A DNA stretch of 37,444 nucleotides from an uncultured Methanosarcinales archaeon (GTDB taxonomy: Archaea; Nanobdellota; Nanobdellia; Woesearchaeales; CAZOXR01): positions 62,001-99,444 of the forward strand of contig CAZMIO010000004.1 of NCBI GenBank assembly GCA_964566535.1. Reading direction: 5' to 3'. Shown one piece after another: positions 17,501-26,685 of the stretch (the first letter of the stretch is position 1; each line of letters opens with the position of its first letter). Below the pieces are notes generated by a model. It ran no database searches. It was not told the DNA's origin and saw only the letters and a program-made list of their open reading frames with translations. The position numbers and the translations under genes were made by a program.

Positions 17501-18348
17501 TGGCAGAAGAAACTAAACCAGCTGACAAGAAGGAAGGCGCAAAACCAAGAGGAAGAAGGCCTGCTAGAGGATCTAATCAGAGACCTCACGAAAGACGAAC
17601 TTTTGATAGTGCTAGTTGGAAACCTAAAACTAAATTAGGTCTTGAAGTCAAGGAAGGGAAGATAAAAGATGTTGGGGAAATTCTTGATAAGGGATTAAAT
17701 ATCATGGAAGCGGAAATAGTAGATACGTTACTCCCAAATCTATCAACAGATTTATTGTTTATCGGTCAATCAAAAGGTAAGTTTGGTGGCGGACAGAGAA
17801 GAGTTTTCAAACAGACACAGAAGAAAACTCAGGAAGGAAACAAACCAAAGTTTTCGACTTACGCTGTTGTTGGTAATGAAGACGGTTATGTGGGAGTAGG
17901 ACAGGGTAAATCAAAAGAAACTGTTCCTGCTAGAGAAAAAGCGCTAAGAAACGCCAAATTAAATTTGATTAAGATCAGCAGAGGATGTGGATCATGGGAA
18001 TGTGGCTGTAAGCAATCTCACACTGTACCTTTCAAAGTTAGGGGTAAATGTGGTTCTGTGATTATTGAATTAATACCTGCACCTAAGGGAACTGGATTGT
18101 GTGTAGAGTCAGAATGCAGTAAAATCTTAAAACTTGCTGGAATAACTGACGTTTGGTCAAGAACAAGGGGCCAGACAGGAAGTAAGAGTAACCTAGTACA
18201 TGCTTGTGTGGTTGCATTAAAACAACTAATTGGGACTAAGGTAAAATCTGATCAGATTGAGAGGATGGGAATCACAGAAGGCATTAAGGAAACTGTCAAT
18301 AAAACTAATGATGATGAGGCAACTGTTGAAAATGAGCAATCAGAATGA
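17497..18348 (+). CDS. rps5: 30S ribosomal protein uS5
   Basis: WKPKTKLG, VVGNEDGYVGVG, RGCGSWEC, PAPKGTG. Confidence 0.97.
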   Translation: MMAEETKPADKKEGAKPRGRRPARGSNQRPHERRTFDSASWKPKTKLGLEVKEGKIKDVGEILDKGLNIMEAEIVDTLLPNLSTDLLFIGQSKGKFGGGQRRVFKQTQKKTQEGNKPKFSTYAVVGNEDGYVGVGQGKSKETVPAREKALRNAKLNLIKISRGCGSWECGCKQSHTVPFKVRGKCGSVIIELIPAPKGTGLCVESECSKILKLAGITDVWSRTRGQTGSKSNLVHACVVALKQLIGTKVKSDQIERMGITEGIKETVNKTNDDEATVENEQSE

Positions 18349-18757
18349 AGATAATGAACAAGTAAGCAAAGGGAATGGAAAGATAGCTGCCGTTAGAATC
18401 AGAGGTTTAATTAGACTCGAGACTGAAGTTAAAGATACCCTTGATATGATAAGATTGTATAGGGGAAATTATTGTGTTGTTTTAGATAATACTCCCCGTA
18501 TAATTGGTATGCTTAAAAAATCTAAAGATTATATTACTTGGGGAGAAATTGATTCAGATACATTAAAGTTATTAAAAGAGAAGAGAGAAGAAAAAACTAA
18601 GACAAAAGATGGCAAAGAAGTTGTTAAAAAGTTTTTTAGATTAAGTCCTCCAAGAGGAGGTTTTGAAAGGAAGGGAGTTAAGGTTCCTTTTGTTAATGGT
18701 GGCGCGTTAGGTTACAGAAAAGATAAGATTAATGATTTAATTAAAAGGATGGTCTAA
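18332..18757 (+). CDS. rpl30: 50S ribosomal protein uL30
   Basis: AAVRIRG, DYITWGE, FRLSPPRGGF, GALGYR. ATG 18332 chosen (ORF track starts at 18257). Confidence 0.94.
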   Translation: MSNQNEDNEQVSKGNGKIAAVRIRGLIRLETEVKDTLDMIRLYRGNYCVVLDNTPRIIGMLKKSKDYITWGEIDSDTLKLLKEKREEKTKTKDGKEVVKKFFRLSPPRGGFERKGVKVPFVNGGALGYRKDKINDLIKRMV

Positions 18758-19237
18758 ATGACAACTAATAAGAGAAGAAAAACTAGCCGGCAACGAGGAT
18801 CTTGGACTCATGGATGGGGTTCAAAGAAGAAACACAGAGGGGCAGGTAGCAGAGGCGGTAGAGGTATGGCTGGCTCTGGAAAGAGGGCAGATACAAATAA
18901 ACCTAGTGTGTGGAAAGAAAAATATTTTGGGAAGACTGGTTTTAAAAAGAAAGGAGTGAAGGTGACTGTGAATACAGTTAGTTTAGCATATCTTGATCAG
19001 AATTTGGACAAATTATTATCAAACAAATTAATATCTAAAGATGGAGAATTCTACATAATAGATACCTTTAAATTAGGGTACAACAAGTTGTTAAGTGGTG
19101 GCAAATTAAATAGCAAGTTGAAAATAAAAACTGACTATGCATCAAAGAAAGCTATTGAAAAGGTCAAAGAGATGGGAGGAGAAGTTATTCTGCCTTCTGG
19201 AAATAAAGAAGTAAAGTCAGAAAAACCAAAAAACTAA
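18758..19237 (+). CDS. rpl15: 50S ribosomal protein uL15
   Basis: RGSWTHGWG, RGAGSRGGRGMAG, ASKKAIEKV..GG. Confidence 0.97.
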   Translation: MTTNKRRKTSRQRGSWTHGWGSKKKHRGAGSRGGRGMAGSGKRADTNKPSVWKEKYFGKTGFKKKGVKVTVNTVSLAYLDQNLDKLLSNKLISKDGEFYIIDTFKLGYNKLLSGGKLNSKLKIKTDYASKKAIEKVKEMGGEVILPSGNKEVKSEKPKN

Positions 19238-19238
19238 A

Positions 19239-20699
19239 ATGGGTATCTGGAATAATATACTTTTAAATCTACCTGAAGTTGCAGGTCCGACACAGAAAAA
19301 ACTTTCATTTAAAGAGAAGTTAAAGTGGACCTCCATTGTACTTGTAATTTATTACGTTCTTGGGTTACTTCCTTTGTTCGGGTTGGCTAATAATGCTCTT
19401 GAACAATTTGAATATCTATCGATTATATTAGCAGCACAATTTGGTTCAATTATTTCATTGGGAATTGGCCCTATTGTTACCGCATCTATCGTACTGCAGT
19501 TATTGAACGGTTCTGGTATATTGAAGTTTGATCTCAATTCACATGATGGAAAGAGAAATTTCCAAGGAACTCAGAAGTTATTAGCTATATTTTTTATAGT
19601 CTTTGAGGCCTTTATCTATGTTTTTATGGGTGGGCTGACTACTGGTAATTATTTTGATCCTGTTGCAAATCGGTTTTTGGTTGAGGCTGCCGCAGGGGCC
19701 ATCATGCTTACACCAGGGATAGTATCTACACTTCAGATGTTCTTAGTTTTCCAGTTGTTCTTAGGTGGAATGATGATCATGTTTATGGATGAAGTAATCA
19801 GTAAATGGGGTTTTGGCTCTGGAATAAGTTTATTTATTGCTGCCGGAGTAAGTCAGAGTGTTTTTGTTCAGGCATTTAATTGGCTACCGGGCCCATCTGG
19901 AGTAGCAGGAGTCACATATTCTGTTGGAGCAATTCCTGCATTGTTCCAGGCTTTGGCTGCTGGTGATCCTACTACTGCTGGTATTAAGGTAGCTGCTCTA
20001 TTGTCTACTGTACTTGTTTTTGCAATGGCAGTATATGCTCAGGCTATGAAAGTAGAGATTCCACTTAGTTTCGGAAGGATAAGGGGACATGGAATAAGAT
20101 GGCCATTGAGCTTTATTTATACTAGTAATATCCCAGTTATTTTAGTTGCAGCATTAATGGCAAATATGCAGCTTTGGGGAAGACTTATACAAAATTGGAT
20201 TGGTCCAAATTGGTTTGCATCTTTTAGTGAAGGTTCAGGTCAAGTTGTTGGAGGGTTTGTTTATTGGTTGCAGGCCCCTAATATAGTACAATCAGTGATT
20301 ACTGGTTCACTTGTATCTCAACAAGTTCTACAGGCAATAGTATACCTTCTTTTTATGATAGTTGGAGCAGTAATATTTAGTATATTTTGGGTTCAAACTG
20401 CTGGAATGGATGCAAATTCCCAGGCTAAGCAGATGATGTCTTCAGGATTACAAATACCTGGATTTAGAAATGATGAAAGAGTTTTAGAGAGATTGCTGAA
20501 CAGATATATCTGGCCGTTAACCGTTATGGGTGCAATAACCGTAGGATTTTTAGCGGCTACCGCAGATTTAACAGGATCATTAGCAAGAGGAACTGGAATT
20601 TTACTTGCTGTTATGATTATCTACAAATTATATGAAGAGATTGCTCAACAGCATATGATGGATATGAATCCAATGATGAGGAAGTTTATAGGTGGCTAA
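19239..20699 (+). CDS. secY: Preprotein translocase subunit SecY (Sec61 alpha)
   Basis: LGIGPIVTASI, KWGFGSGISLFIAAG, YTSNIPVIL, QIPGFR, GTGILL; about 10 TM helices. Confidence 0.97.
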   Translation: MGIWNNILLNLPEVAGPTQKKLSFKEKLKWTSIVLVIYYVLGLLPLFGLANNALEQFEYLSIILAAQFGSIISLGIGPIVTASIVLQLLNGSGILKFDLNSHDGKRNFQGTQKLLAIFFIVFEAFIYVFMGGLTTGNYFDPVANRFLVEAAAGAIMLTPGIVSTLQMFLVFQLFLGGMMIMFMDEVISKWGFGSGISLFIAAGVSQSVFVQAFNWLPGPSGVAGVTYSVGAIPALFQALAAGDPTTAGIKVAALLSTVLVFAMAVYAQAMKVEIPLSFGRIRGHGIRWPLSFIYTSNIPVILVAALMANMQLWGRLIQNWIGPNWFASFSEGSGQVVGGFVYWLQAPNIVQSVITGSLVSQQVLQAIVYLLFMIVGAVIFSIFWVQTAGMDANSQAKQMMSSGLQIPGFRNDERVLERLLNRYIWPLTVMGAITVGFLAATADLTGSLARGTGILLAVMIIYKLYEEIAQQHMMDMNPMMRKFIGG

Positions 20700-21492
20700 A
20701 ATGGGAATGATAGACTTTTTCGGAAATATGTTCAATCCAGTGTTAGACCCTATATTTAGACCTTTATTGAGTCTACATCCTGCTTTTAGTTTATCTGTTA
20801 TCACTTTAATAATTACTTTAATTATGGTCCTAGTTTATAAGAAATTTACAGACCAAGAAGTAATGAAGAGTGTTAGAGAAGAGATGAAAGAGATACAAAA
20901 AGAGATGAAAGAGTTTCAGCATGATGCTGCAAAAGTAATGGAGCTTCAGAAAAAATCACTTGAAAAGGCTGGACAGCAGTTTAAACAATCGATGAAACCA
21001 ATGTTCATTACTATGATTCCCATTATAGTATTATTTGGATGGTTAAGTTCAAATTTAGCATTTAATCCATTAACTCCTGGTGAGGAATTTAGCACAACTA
21101 TTGTATTCAAGGAAGGAGTTAATGGGGAAGTTAAATTAATTGCTAGTGATGGTATTGAGATTTTAAGTGATGAGATTCAGACTATTGAGGGCAATGAAGT
21201 TGGCGGGTGGTTTAAGAAAAAAATAGGAGAAGCCAGCTGGAATATCAAAGGTTCAGAAGGGGAACATCAGTTAACTTATGAATATGAAGATGAGATATAT
21301 TTTAATGAATTATTGATTACAAACAGTAAAAAATATAAAGAACCTAAAAAGCTCGTTAATGACGAGGTTGTTGAAACTATTGAATTAGGCAATGAACCAA
21401 TAAAGATATTTGGTCTGAGTTGGTTTTGGGCTTATTTTATTTTAGCAATGGTTTTCAATGGTTTATTAAGGAAACTGTTTAAAGTACACTAA
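20692..21492 (+). CDS. EMC3/TMCO1 (DUF106, Oxa1 superfamily) membrane protein
   Basis: TM, then coiled coil (TDQEVMK..EMKEIQKEMK), MKPMFITMIP TM, and C-terminal LSWFWAY TM; canonical position after secY. Confidence 0.88.
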   Translation: MAKMGMIDFFGNMFNPVLDPIFRPLLSLHPAFSLSVITLIITLIMVLVYKKFTDQEVMKSVREEMKEIQKEMKEFQHDAAKVMELQKKSLEKAGQQFKQSMKPMFITMIPIIVLFGWLSSNLAFNPLTPGEEFSTTIVFKEGVNGEVKLIASDGIEILSDEIQTIEGNEVGGWFKKKIGEASWNIKGSEGEHQLTYEYEDEIYFNELLITNSKKYKEPKKLVNDEVVETIELGNEPIKIFGLSWFWAYFILAMVFNGLLRKLFKVH

Positions 21493-21508
21493 TTACGAGG
21501 TAATAAAA

Positions 21509-21781
21509 ATGCCAGCACCAAGATATAGATCAAGGACACTAAGGAGAGTTCATGTGAGAACTCCAGGTGGAACAAGCAAAATTCAATATAGGAAAAGAAA
21601 CCCTAAGGTTGCTAAATGTAGTAAATGTGAGGCTAAATTAAAGGGAGTTCCAAGGGGAAGACCATATAAGATGATGCAAATGGCCAAAACTAAGAAGAGG
21701 CCGGAAAGGCCTTATGGGGGAATACTGTGTTCCAAATGTTTGAAGAAGCTCATGATTGATAGGGCGAGGAAAGAAAAATGA
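21509..21781 (+). CDS. rpl34e: 50S ribosomal protein eL34
   Basis: VRTPGG, CSKC, RPERPYGGILCSKC. Confidence 0.96.
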   Translation: MPAPRYRSRTLRRVHVRTPGGTSKIQYRKRNPKVAKCSKCEAKLKGVPRGRPYKMMQMAKTKKRPERPYGGILCSKCLKKLMIDRARKEK

Positions 21782-22185
21782 TTGAAATAGGAAGATTATG
21801 CCTTAAAACTGCTGGAAGAGACAGTGGTGGAAAGTGCGTTATAATTGATATTGTTGATGATAAATATGTCATGATAGATGGGGAAACAAGAAGAAGGAAG
21901 TGTAATGTGGCTCACCTAGAACCTTTGAAGGAAGTAGTTAAGATAAGCAAAGGAGCTTCTCACGAGGATGTTAAACGGGCATTTAAGGAGCTAGGTCTCA
22001 AAGTTAAGGATACTAAGCCTAAGGAAAAGAAAGAAAAGCCTTTGAAACAGCGTGGGAAGAAAAAGAAGAAAGCTGAGGAAGGCAAGAAAGGCAAGAAAGC
22101 TGCTAAAAAGGAAGTAAAGAAGGAAGCTAAGAAAGAACCTAAAAAAGCTGATAAGAAGGCCCCCGAGAAAAAGGAGAAGGAATAG
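21778..22185 (+). CDS. rpl14e: 50S ribosomal protein eL14 with K/E/A-rich tail
   Basis: EIGRLCLKTAGRDSG, RRKCNVAHLEP. Confidence 0.95.
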   Translation: MIEIGRLCLKTAGRDSGGKCVIIDIVDDKYVMIDGETRRRKCNVAHLEPLKEVVKISKGASHEDVKRAFKELGLKVKDTKPKEKKEKPLKQRGKKKKKAEEGKKGKKAAKKEVKKEAKKEPKKADKKAPEKKEKE

Positions 22186-22235
22186 ACAAGTTTAAATAAG
22201 GAATTAAACTACTAATATATGCAGGTAAGATAAAA

Positions 22236-22433
22236 ATGATGATACCAATAAGATGTTATTCATGTGGAAAACCAGTGGCTCACCTATGGGAAGAGTATCT
22301 TGAAAGGGTTGAGAAGGGCGAAGAAAGGAAGAAAGTAATGGACGAATTAGGATTGGAGAGGTATTGTTGTAGGGCTTTATTCTTAGGGCACGTTGATTTA
22401 ATCGATACTGCTGCTAAATTTAAAAAGTTTTGA
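22236..22433 (+). CDS. rpoN: DNA-directed RNA polymerase subunit N (Rpo10)
   Basis: IPIRCYSCGK, LGLERYCCR. Confidence 0.97.
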   Translation: MMIPIRCYSCGKPVAHLWEEYLERVEKGEERKKVMDELGLERYCCRALFLGHVDLIDTAAKFKKF

Positions 22434-22443
22434 GTTTATAATC

Positions 22444-22713
22444 ATGGGTTTAAGTTACAATCAAATGGTTCCCGGACACCTTTATTCTAGAGGATATGAT
22501 ATGAGCAATCCTTGTGATAGGCAGGAAGCATTATGGTTGAATTGGGCTTTAAGGCGTGGTGGAGAATATTTTAGGAATGCGAAGGAAGCTGGCAGAGCTG
22601 TCCTGGATGCTGGAGCAAAGGCCTTTGAGGTTTCTCATTCTACAATTGGAGATTTAGATATTTTTAGGGTTGGACAAGAAGGAAGATGCCTTGAAATGGT
22701 TTTACCTAGATAG
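22444..22713 (+). CDS. Hypothetical protein
   Basis: 89-aa ORF that starts 10 nt after rpoN and fills the gap; no recognised motif. Confidence 0.45.
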   Translation: MGLSYNQMVPGHLYSRGYDMSNPCDRQEALWLNWALRRGGEYFRNAKEAGRAVLDAGAKAFEVSHSTIGDLDIFRVGQEGRCLEMVLPR

Positions 22714-23397
22714 ATGGTCTTTCTTAAATATCTTTACGACTGCTTTTTCTATTTGCTTTCTATAAACAAATAGTACTGCTGAGACTATAATCAATAGTGC
22801 GAAAAGAAGAAGAGATGTTTCATAATTATGCGCCGCTATCCCATCCCCCATTAGGTTGAGGATTAGGAATCCAGGTAATCTACCAATTGCTGAGACAATC
22901 ACTAGGGTTCTGATTCTTATGTTTGTAAGGCCTGCTATAAAACAGATTGCATCATCTGGTGTTGCAGGAAAGAGAAAGATTAAGAAAATAGTGAAGATCC
23001 CTCCTTTCATACACAATTCGTCGAATTTATTTAGTATCTTTTTATCCACCACTTTTTCAACAAAAGGCCTTCCATATCTCCTTGAAAGGACAAATGCAAT
23101 ATATGAACCTATTATGAGGCCAATCATGCTATATGTTGTTCCTAGTGCTGTACCAAAAATGTACCCACTAGCAAGACCAATTGCTTGACCAGGGATTGGT
23201 GCAATTAATACTTGAAGGATTACAAATACTATTAGAATTAAAGGGGAAAACATTCCGTAGCCTAGAATCAACTCTTTGAACTTTTGAGTATTTGAAAGTA
23301 AAGAGATTAGTGGTTCCCATAATAATATGCTCAATGAAACTAGTATTATCACTGCTATCACAAATTTCAATATTTTTCTATTCTTTTCTTTGGGCAT
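22702..23397 (-). CDS. TVP38/TMEM64 (DedA/VTT superfamily) membrane protein
   Basis: LQVLIAPIPGQ, GYIFG, LSRRYGRP, FLFPATPDDAICFIAGLT, GRLPG. Confidence 0.9.
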   Translation of the reverse strand: MPKEKNRKILKFVIAVIILVSLSILLWEPLISLLSNTQKFKELILGYGMFSPLILIVFVILQVLIAPIPGQAIGLASGYIFGTALGTTYSMIGLIIGSYIAFVLSRRYGRPFVEKVVDKKILNKFDELCMKGGIFTIFLIFLFPATPDDAICFIAGLTNIRIRTLVIVSAIGRLPGFLILNLMGDGIAAHNYETSLLLFALLIIVSAVLFVYRKQIEKAVVKIFKKDHLSR

Positions 23398-23416
23398 TGA
23401 AAGTATTATGATTCGG

Positions 23417-23465
23417 AGGTATATAAACGTTATGAAATTCCCATTTTAACCACAAATAATATAAA
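23417..23465. promoter_or_regulatory. Divergent TATA boxes for TVP38 (minus, 23427-23420) and leuS (plus, 23458-23465)
   Basis: Each lies 23-24 nt from its ATG, i.e. leaderless spacing. Confidence 0.6.
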
Positions 23466-23488
23466 TTGAATCCTACTTTTCTTTCTTA

Positions 23489-26149
23489 ATGGTCGACTTT
23501 AACAAGATAGCAAAGAAATGGCAGACTAAGTGGGAGAAGGAAGGAATCTTTAAGGTTAAAGAGGATCCTAAGAAGAAGAAATACTATGTTCTTGAGATGT
23601 ATCCTTATCCATCTGGTTCAGGTCTACATATGGGTCATGCAAGGAATTATTGCATAGGGGATGCTTTTGCGCGGTATAAAAGAATGAACGGATTTAATGT
23701 TCTCTATCCAATGGGCTATGACAGTTTTGGGCTTCCAGCAGAAAATGCAGCAATAAAAGCAAAATCTCACCCTAAAATTTTCACCGAAAAAGCAATTAAG
23801 AATTTTATCAAACAACAAAAAGAGCTAGGATTAAGTTATGATTGGGATAGGATGATTGCCTCTCACACTCCCGAATATTACAAATGGGATCAATGGATTT
23901 TCTTGAAGATGCGTGAAAAAGAGTTAGTATACAAAAAGAAATCAGTTGTTAATTGGTGTCCTCAGTGTAATACTGTTCTTGCTAATGAACAAGTACATAA
24001 TGGTAATTGCTGGAGACATGAAAATACTAATGTTGAGGTTAAGGATTTAGAGCAGTGGTTTTTTAAGATAACTAATTATGCCCAGGAGCTTTTGAAAGGA
24101 GTGGATGATCTGAAGGAATGGTCTGAAGATGTTAAGGTTATGCAGAAAAATTGGATTGGGAGAAGTGAAGGAGCCAACATTACTTTTCCTATTGATGGTT
24201 CAGAGAAAGAGCTTTCAGTCTTTACAACAAGACCAGATACATTTTATGGAATCACATTTTTAGTTTATGCACCAGAACATCCAGATGTGATGGAACTTGT
24301 TAAAGGTACAAAGTATGAGAAGAAAGTCAAGGATTTTGTCAAGAAGGTAGTGTTAGAAGATAGATTTAGCAGAACTTCCGAAGATAAAGAAAAAGAAGGA
24401 GTCTTTATTGGTAGGTATACAATAAACCCCATTACTAAAGAGAAGATTCCAATTTATATCGCTAATTTCGTTCTTTATGAATATGGTACTGGTGCAATAA
24501 TTGCTGTTCCTGCTCATGATGAAAGGGATTTCCAGTTTGCTAAGAAGTACGATATTCCTATTAAGATAGTCATCAACCCTCATGATCATGAATTAAATCC
24601 CGATAAGATGGCTCGTGCTTTTGTTGGAGAGGGAGTGATGGTTAATTCTGAAGAATTTAATGGGATGAATAATAGGGATGCGATTCCTGAGTTCAACAAA
24701 TTTTTTAAGAAAAATAATTGCGGTGGAGGGACTGTTCAGTTTAAGTTAAGGGATTGGTTAATCAGTCGTCAAAGGTTTTGGGGTTGTCCTATCCCTATTG
24801 TATATTGCGATAAATGCGGTATGGTTGGAGTGGAGGAGAAAGACTTACCTGTCAAATTACCAGAAAATGTCAAGTTTGGGGGCAAAGGCAATCCTCTAGA
24901 GAACTGCAAAGAATTTGTTAATGTAAAATGTCCTAAGTGTGGTGGGAAAGGCCGCAGAGAGACAGATACAATGGATACTTTTGTTGATTCTTCATGGTAC
25001 TTTTTGAGGTATTGTGATGCTAAGAATGATAAGGTAATCTTTGATTCAAAAAAAGTAAACTACTGGATGCCAATCGATACTTATGTTGGCGGGAAGGAAC
25101 ATGCAACTATGCATCTGATTTATTTTAGGTTTTTTACTAAGTTTTTTAGAGACATTGGTCTGTTAAAGATTGATGAGCCGGCCCCTCATTTATTTAATCA
25201 AGGAATGCTTCATAAGAACGGAGTTGTAATGAGCAAGAGTAAAGGAAATGTTGTAGTTCCTGAAGAAGTTGGCAAGAAATATGGGATAGACACCGCAAGA
25301 CTATTCTTACTATTTGTTGCTTCACCTGAGAATGACATGGAATGGAGTGATGAGGGCATTGATGGAAGTTACAGGTTCTTGAATAAGTTTTATAGCTTAA
25401 TTGATGAGAAGAAGATTGTTGATGATATAAGTAAAAACGAAGAGAGTAAATTGAATCAGGCTGTTAAGGAAGTTACTGCTAGTTTTGAAGGGATGGAGTT
25501 TAATAAAGCAATAATAAGTTTAATGCAGTTTACAAATTGGTTGAGTAATCAAGAAAGCATCTCAAAAGAATCTGCCTCGAAATTAGTTTTGATGATGGGT
25601 CCTTTTGCACCTCACATTTGTGAAGAGTTGTGGTCTAAGTTGGGGGGGGAAAGATTTTGTAGTTTAGAGGAATGGCCAGAGTTTGATACTAAAAAAATTG
25701 ATGAGAAAGTTGACGCTTCTGAGGAAGTAATCCATAAGACAATTGCAGATATTGACAATGTCTTAAAGCTCATCAAAGTTAAGGAACCTTCAAGTATTAA
25801 GTTGATTGTAGCTGCTAAATGGAAATATGACTTTTTTAAAATTTATAAGAAAGAGGTTGAGAAATCAAGGGACATTAAGAGTATAATTACTGCCTGTATG
25901 AAAGAGAAAGAGTTAAAGAGATATGGCAAAGATATATCTAAGATGATTCCTGCCTTATTGAAGGATGCTTCCAAGGTTCCTGAAGTAATTTTGGACCAGA
26001 AAACTGAGCTTAGCAATTTGGAAGGCGCATCTGAGGAGATTGGAAATGAATTTAAGTGTGAAGTGGTAGTTGAGGGAGCTGATGAGAGTGAAGAAGAGAA
26101 GGCAAAGGTAGCTATGCCTGGAAAACCTGCAATCATTATTCAAAAATAA
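23489..26149 (+). CDS. leuS: Leucine--tRNA ligase (bacterial-type core, archaeal-type C-terminal domain)
   Basis: MYPYPSG.LHMGH, FTTRPDT, YGTGAIIAVPAHDERD, RDWLISRQRFWG, RETDTMDTF, MSKSKGN; C-terminus AMPGKPAIII. Confidence 0.96.
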   Translation: MVDFNKIAKKWQTKWEKEGIFKVKEDPKKKKYYVLEMYPYPSGSGLHMGHARNYCIGDAFARYKRMNGFNVLYPMGYDSFGLPAENAAIKAKSHPKIFTEKAIKNFIKQQKELGLSYDWDRMIASHTPEYYKWDQWIFLKMREKELVYKKKSVVNWCPQCNTVLANEQVHNGNCWRHENTNVEVKDLEQWFFKITNYAQELLKGVDDLKEWSEDVKVMQKNWIGRSEGANITFPIDGSEKELSVFTTRPDTFYGITFLVYAPEHPDVMELVKGTKYEKKVKDFVKKVVLEDRFSRTSEDKEKEGVFIGRYTINPITKEKIPIYIANFVLYEYGTGAIIAVPAHDERDFQFAKKYDIPIKIVINPHDHELNPDKMARAFVGEGVMVNSEEFNGMNNRDAIPEFNKFFKKNNCGGGTVQFKLRDWLISRQRFWGCPIPIVYCDKCGMVGVEEKDLPVKLPENVKFGGKGNPLENCKEFVNVKCPKCGGKGRRETDTMDTFVDSSWYFLRYCDAKNDKVIFDSKKVNYWMPIDTYVGGKEHATMHLIYFRFFTKFFRDIGLLKIDEPAPHLFNQGMLHKNGVVMSKSKGNVVVPEEVGKKYGIDTARLFLLFVASPENDMEWSDEGIDGSYRFLNKFYSLIDEKKIVDDISKNEESKLNQAVKEVTASFEGMEFNKAIISLMQFTNWLSNQESISKESASKLVLMMGPFAPHICEELWSKLGGERFCSLEEWPEFDTKKIDEKVDASEEVIHKTIADIDNVLKLIKVKEPSSIKLIVAAKWKYDFFKIYKKEVEKSRDIKSIITACMKEKELKRYGKDISKMIPALLKDASKVPEVILDQKTELSNLEGASEEIGNEFKCEVVVEGADESEEEKAKVAMPGKPAIIIQK

Positions 26150-26209
26150 AGGAAGGTTTATATACTAATTGTGTTTAAGATATATTTATCAATAAAAAGG
26201 GTGGTATGT

Positions 26210-26671
26210 ATGATGTCTAAAATAACTGAGATTGATCCAACAAATAATACTTTAACAAAGATAATAGTTCTAGATCAGATTCATGAAAAAGATTATTCTA
26301 TGCTTGTTAATGAATTCGGATACGGCAAGGATAGGGTAGATGCAAGTGTTAAGATGTACAGGAATATAGCTCTTGTTCTGAACTTGGTTCAAAAGGGAGA
26401 AGGAGAGAAGGACTGGAAGACATTTGTTAATAGGCATATCCCAAAAAAAGAGAAAATTAGTAAGTTAGACAATACTTTTGTGAGTAAGAATTGTGAAAAA
26501 GTCCTAATAGTTACTAATAGGAGACTGGTTTCTGTTGACCTTAAGAATCTTAATGAGAAGATAAGGAAGATCAATACCGATATTGAGATTTTGAATGATT
26601 CTCTAGCTAAGGAAATTGAGCCAGAAGAGAAGAGAACTTTTATGGCTACATTGAAGGGTATGTTTAATTAG
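26210..26671 (+). CDS. Hypothetical protein
   Basis: Own TATA (26157-26164), gggtgg SD-like sequence, and a T-tract after the stop; no recognised family. Confidence 0.6.
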   Translation: MMSKITEIDPTNNTLTKIIVLDQIHEKDYSMLVNEFGYGKDRVDASVKMYRNIALVLNLVQKGEGEKDWKTFVNRHIPKKEKISKLDNTFVSKNCEKVLIVTNRRLVSVDLKNLNEKIRKINTDIEILNDSLAKEIEPEEKRTFMATLKGMFN

Positions 26672-26685
26672 TTTTTTTTATTTTT
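26672..26685 (+). terminator. Oligo-T terminator-like tract between convergent genes
   Basis: ttttttttattttt directly after the stop at 26671. Confidence 0.45.

Noticed and set aside
14654..18331. Upstream starts given for uS14 (14654), uL6 (15278), eL19 (16464) and uL30 (18257)
   Set aside because: In-frame ATGs at or near the preceding stop fit the homolog length and coupling pattern better.
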